A stretch of DNA of 61,974 nucleotides, filler included, from Circinaria calcarea (lineage: Eukaryota): NCBI GenBank assembly GCA_051942165.1. It is 9 parts of 9 records of this genome, joined end to end, with 100 filler letters (N's around TTAATTAATTAA, not from the genome) between each part and the next. Parts side by side here need not be neighbours in the genome. Positions count along the whole stretch, not along the records: positions 55,203 to 61,974 come from JAVECS010001491.1; 8 more parts are not named here. One strand, given 5' to 3'. This document shows, one piece after another, positions 59,015 to 61,974 of the stretch; position 1 is the stretch's first letter; each line of letters starts with the position of its first letter. Position numbers and translations under genes: made by a program. The notes beneath the pieces were generated by a model. That model was not told the DNA's origin. It saw nothing but the letters and a program-made list of their open reading frames with translations, and searched no databases.

Positions 59015-61974
59015 GTTGTTTATGCTTAACAATAACAAAGTAAAGAAAGTTGCAGTGGCTGAAGCTGCAAATTCCCAAACACTTCAATGAATTATGGCCT
59101 GAATAAGTGAAATATAGAGCCTTGCGGAAACAGGTGGGACAGCCTCCTAATCTCGGGTGCATACACCCCACACCCTAGAACTTGCGGCGTGTCTTATTTA
59201 ACAAGTAAACAAAGATACGATGCTGTCCAATTCTTTGCGGGTCAATCGTCGGTAGGGCAGCAACAGCCAATGGAACAGCCAATCTTCCTTTGTTTAGAAA
59301 GATGCCCGGAAGTTGCGCCGTTGATAAATGGCGCCTCATGGGATAGATTGATCTACCGTGTATCAATGCATGCGACTCGGCAAACAGCTTATCTAACTGA
59401 TGGATGCCTGGGAAGTAGTTCCTCCTATGGGCTAAAGCATTGTGCTGCTCCTCCAGACAGACCCCATACTTCTTCCCTAGATCATCCTTACCACTACCAC
59501 CGTTTGCAACGAGGCAGCAATGATGAACGGCATCTGCATCAGCAGGGCAGACGGCGTAGCTGATCAATACGGGCGTAGGATAGATTGTGCAGCCGTATGT
59601 GCATACAGGCTCAGCTGCCAGGATTAGCTATAGGGTCACCAGTTAGGTAGGTATATATGCACACGGCCTCCGGCTTCATAATCTGCAAATGGAAAGTTCC
59701 ACCGCCTTATTGGCAAACGAAGGCCGGTGGAGCAAGGCTGAAGACAGACTTAATTGCATGCGATTGAGTCGGATGGATGGTTTCACACCGGCATCTTCTT
59801 ATCCGGAGGGATGCCTGTAAACCCCCACCAAAGTTCTAGAATAGGATCACTAGTGTGCTCCGAATTTGATGCCACATCAGTAGATAAGAAGTTGCAAAGC
59901 CTATTGAACGTCGTTGATCTAAGCTTCCTGCCACTGGACTTGGAGGGTGTCATGAGAAGCCTTGCGTGTAATGATTAGTGCCATGGTCGGTGCCTAGCTA
60001 CCTTAGCTCCAAACAAGCTTTGGGCCATGGTGCACTTGACTCTTGGCTTGGATTTAGAGCATCACTATATATAGCTAGCTCCAAGCAATCTTTGGCCAAG
60101 CCCACGGGTCCCGGGTCGGCCCACGAAGCAGTCGAAGCTAGAAGCTAGAAGTCTCCGGAATCTGGGATTTTCAGCTGCATCAGCTGATACGCACACAACG
60201 GTACCAGTAATTTGATTACCATTTGATAGGAGCAGAGGTCTGTATGTAGTAAATCAAATCTAGCATCCCAACGCTGAGCTCCTTCTATCCTCTCAAACGT
60301 GCAATCTATAGATTCCTTGGGACAGCAATCTCGACATAAATGCGTGCAACAAAGTGTGCCGGATTATTGCAGGTGCAAGCCCTGCGGCACCTCCCTGATC
60401 GGCCCTCGGTACGCTTTTCGAGCATGAGCCAGCCAGAAAACCCAACTGGCCATCAGCACTCCTCCCATTATCACACCGGAGTAGTTCATGTTCTCCGCCG
60501 TGACGGGCTGGTAAGGAGGCAAGACCATGAAAGCTACGAGGACAAGAGAATGCGCAATTGAAACCAGATTAACCGGGAGCCCCTAGCGTCCTAGTTTGAA
60601 TGCTCCGTATGGCATATCCTGGGGCGTCATTCTCCGTACAGCTATAAGTAAAATAGGCAGGAGATAGGATATGTAGTGACTGATCAGGGACAGCGAGGTG
60701 AGGGCATTAAAGGCGGTTGAAGACCAGATTATTGACCAGACTCACGCCTGGTGCACGTAGGACTCGATATTTAGAATCCACAAATCTTGAATCTCTGTAG
60801 CCGCAACAAACGCAGCGCTCGCAGCAAGTGAGATTCGTGGGCGAAGCTGGTAACCCAACCTGAGACCGTAAGTTTCCTGTCCACGACCAGATGTAAACTG
60901 GCAGCATACCCAGACTACGCGAACTATCACGAGAATTTATGTATGGAAAAGCAAAATCCAAAGCATAGTAGAAACACAGTGATATCCGTGGATTTAAAGC
61001 AGCATTTACATAGAGAGAAATTACTTAATCGAAAATAATATTCTACGAAAACTCCGAGATAGGCGTAAATAAGATAGTGTTACTAGCAAAATTACTATGG
61101 TACGGTTATTCCTATGGTATGGTAGCGCCTTCGCTTAACCCTTGCGGAGATTCCCCCCCAAAAAAAACCACCTGAAAAAGCTATTACCTCAAGAATACAC
61201 CAGGGTGGTACTTTTACTGCACAGACCGTTTTTGTGTGGGAAAACAGGGATCAAGGCCAGCGTTTATCATAATACGGCCCCTGTGTATTCTATCCCGAGC
61301 TGCCACCCCTTTGTAGGCAGTTATCAGCTAACCTTTTTTTTTGCAAAGTGCCCTCTGAATTTCTAGTCATGCATCAGGATCCATCCTATCAGTATGAGTC
61401 CACGCTTACCGTGGCAATCAAGCGGTCTTCTGCTACAACGAGTCATAAGTATCCTTTATTCCCGTTGACACGTGTAGAGATGCGAGCTCCAGGTTTGAGT
61501 CTGTGAACGGCTGAGTACCCAATTTTGAAATATTTCAATCATAAGAAAAAGGCATTTCAAGGACTGAACAGACACGCCATTGGATTTTATGAGCTAGCTT
61601 GCAAATGGAAAGGTTCATGCTGCGTAAAGTACATTTATGCTCTCACCAGACTTTTCTTCGCCTCGTTTTCCCTTATAGCGCCATCGCTAAAACACTAAAA
61701 TTCAAATATGATGAATGAGTCGGCCCTTAAAGCAGAATGCCGCCGCCAATAATGCTAGCATCAGGCCGTCTCCGGCATACCATGCAAAAAATCATCCATC
61801 AGTCAAGATATTGTACATGAGTGGTATTAGTAGAGCATGGCAAATCCTCATTCAATCTCCACCCCTTATCCTCTTCCCACTATTACCGTCCGATCCAGTG
61901 TCTTGCTCTCCGTCCCGTACGCGCTTATTCCCTTGCGGTACGAATTGTCTGGCGGTAGCGCTCAAGGGTGGTCC

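Noticed and set aside
59100..61974. Short ORFs and weak hairpins in the final 2.9 kb
   Set aside because: No recognisable domains, RNA-gene signatures or convincing exon structure; treated as intergenic.

Overview
Intron-rich filamentous ascomycete (Pezizomycotina) nuclear DNA. The short GT..AG introns with CTRAC branch sites and the fungal gene families support this; a lichen-forming lineage is only a guess from the secreted-protein families. The window is not one locus. It is nine unrelated contigs of 6.77-6.82 kb, ordered by decreasing length and joined by artificial 100-bp N44-TTAATTAATTAA-N44 spacers, so gene neighbourhood is only meaningful within a contig. It holds about 21 genes or gene fragments: LtrA-like membrane protein, epoxide hydrolase, Pal1, Utp14, LaeA-like methyltransferase, Aim32/Apd1-like ferredoxin, Mtq1/HemK, amino-acid permease, Rba50, Hpc2, MBOAT acetyltransferase, BBE-type FAD oxidase, several small secreted proteins and hypotheticals. 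There are also about 5 disrupted genes. The strongest finding is a spliced gene at 12318-13501 (-) encoding an N-terminal HeLo-like domain, a long polar linker and a C-terminal pair of 19-aa repeats that align without gaps to the HET-s prion-forming repeats. It is a probable amyloid-activated cell-death effector whose NLR partner is not in this contig. Other leads are an otherwise intact-looking flavin monooxygenase interrupted only by two Trp-position TAG codons (RIP versus A-to-I stop correction) and a 1306-aa PB1-like...UBA-like protein with p62-type architecture.
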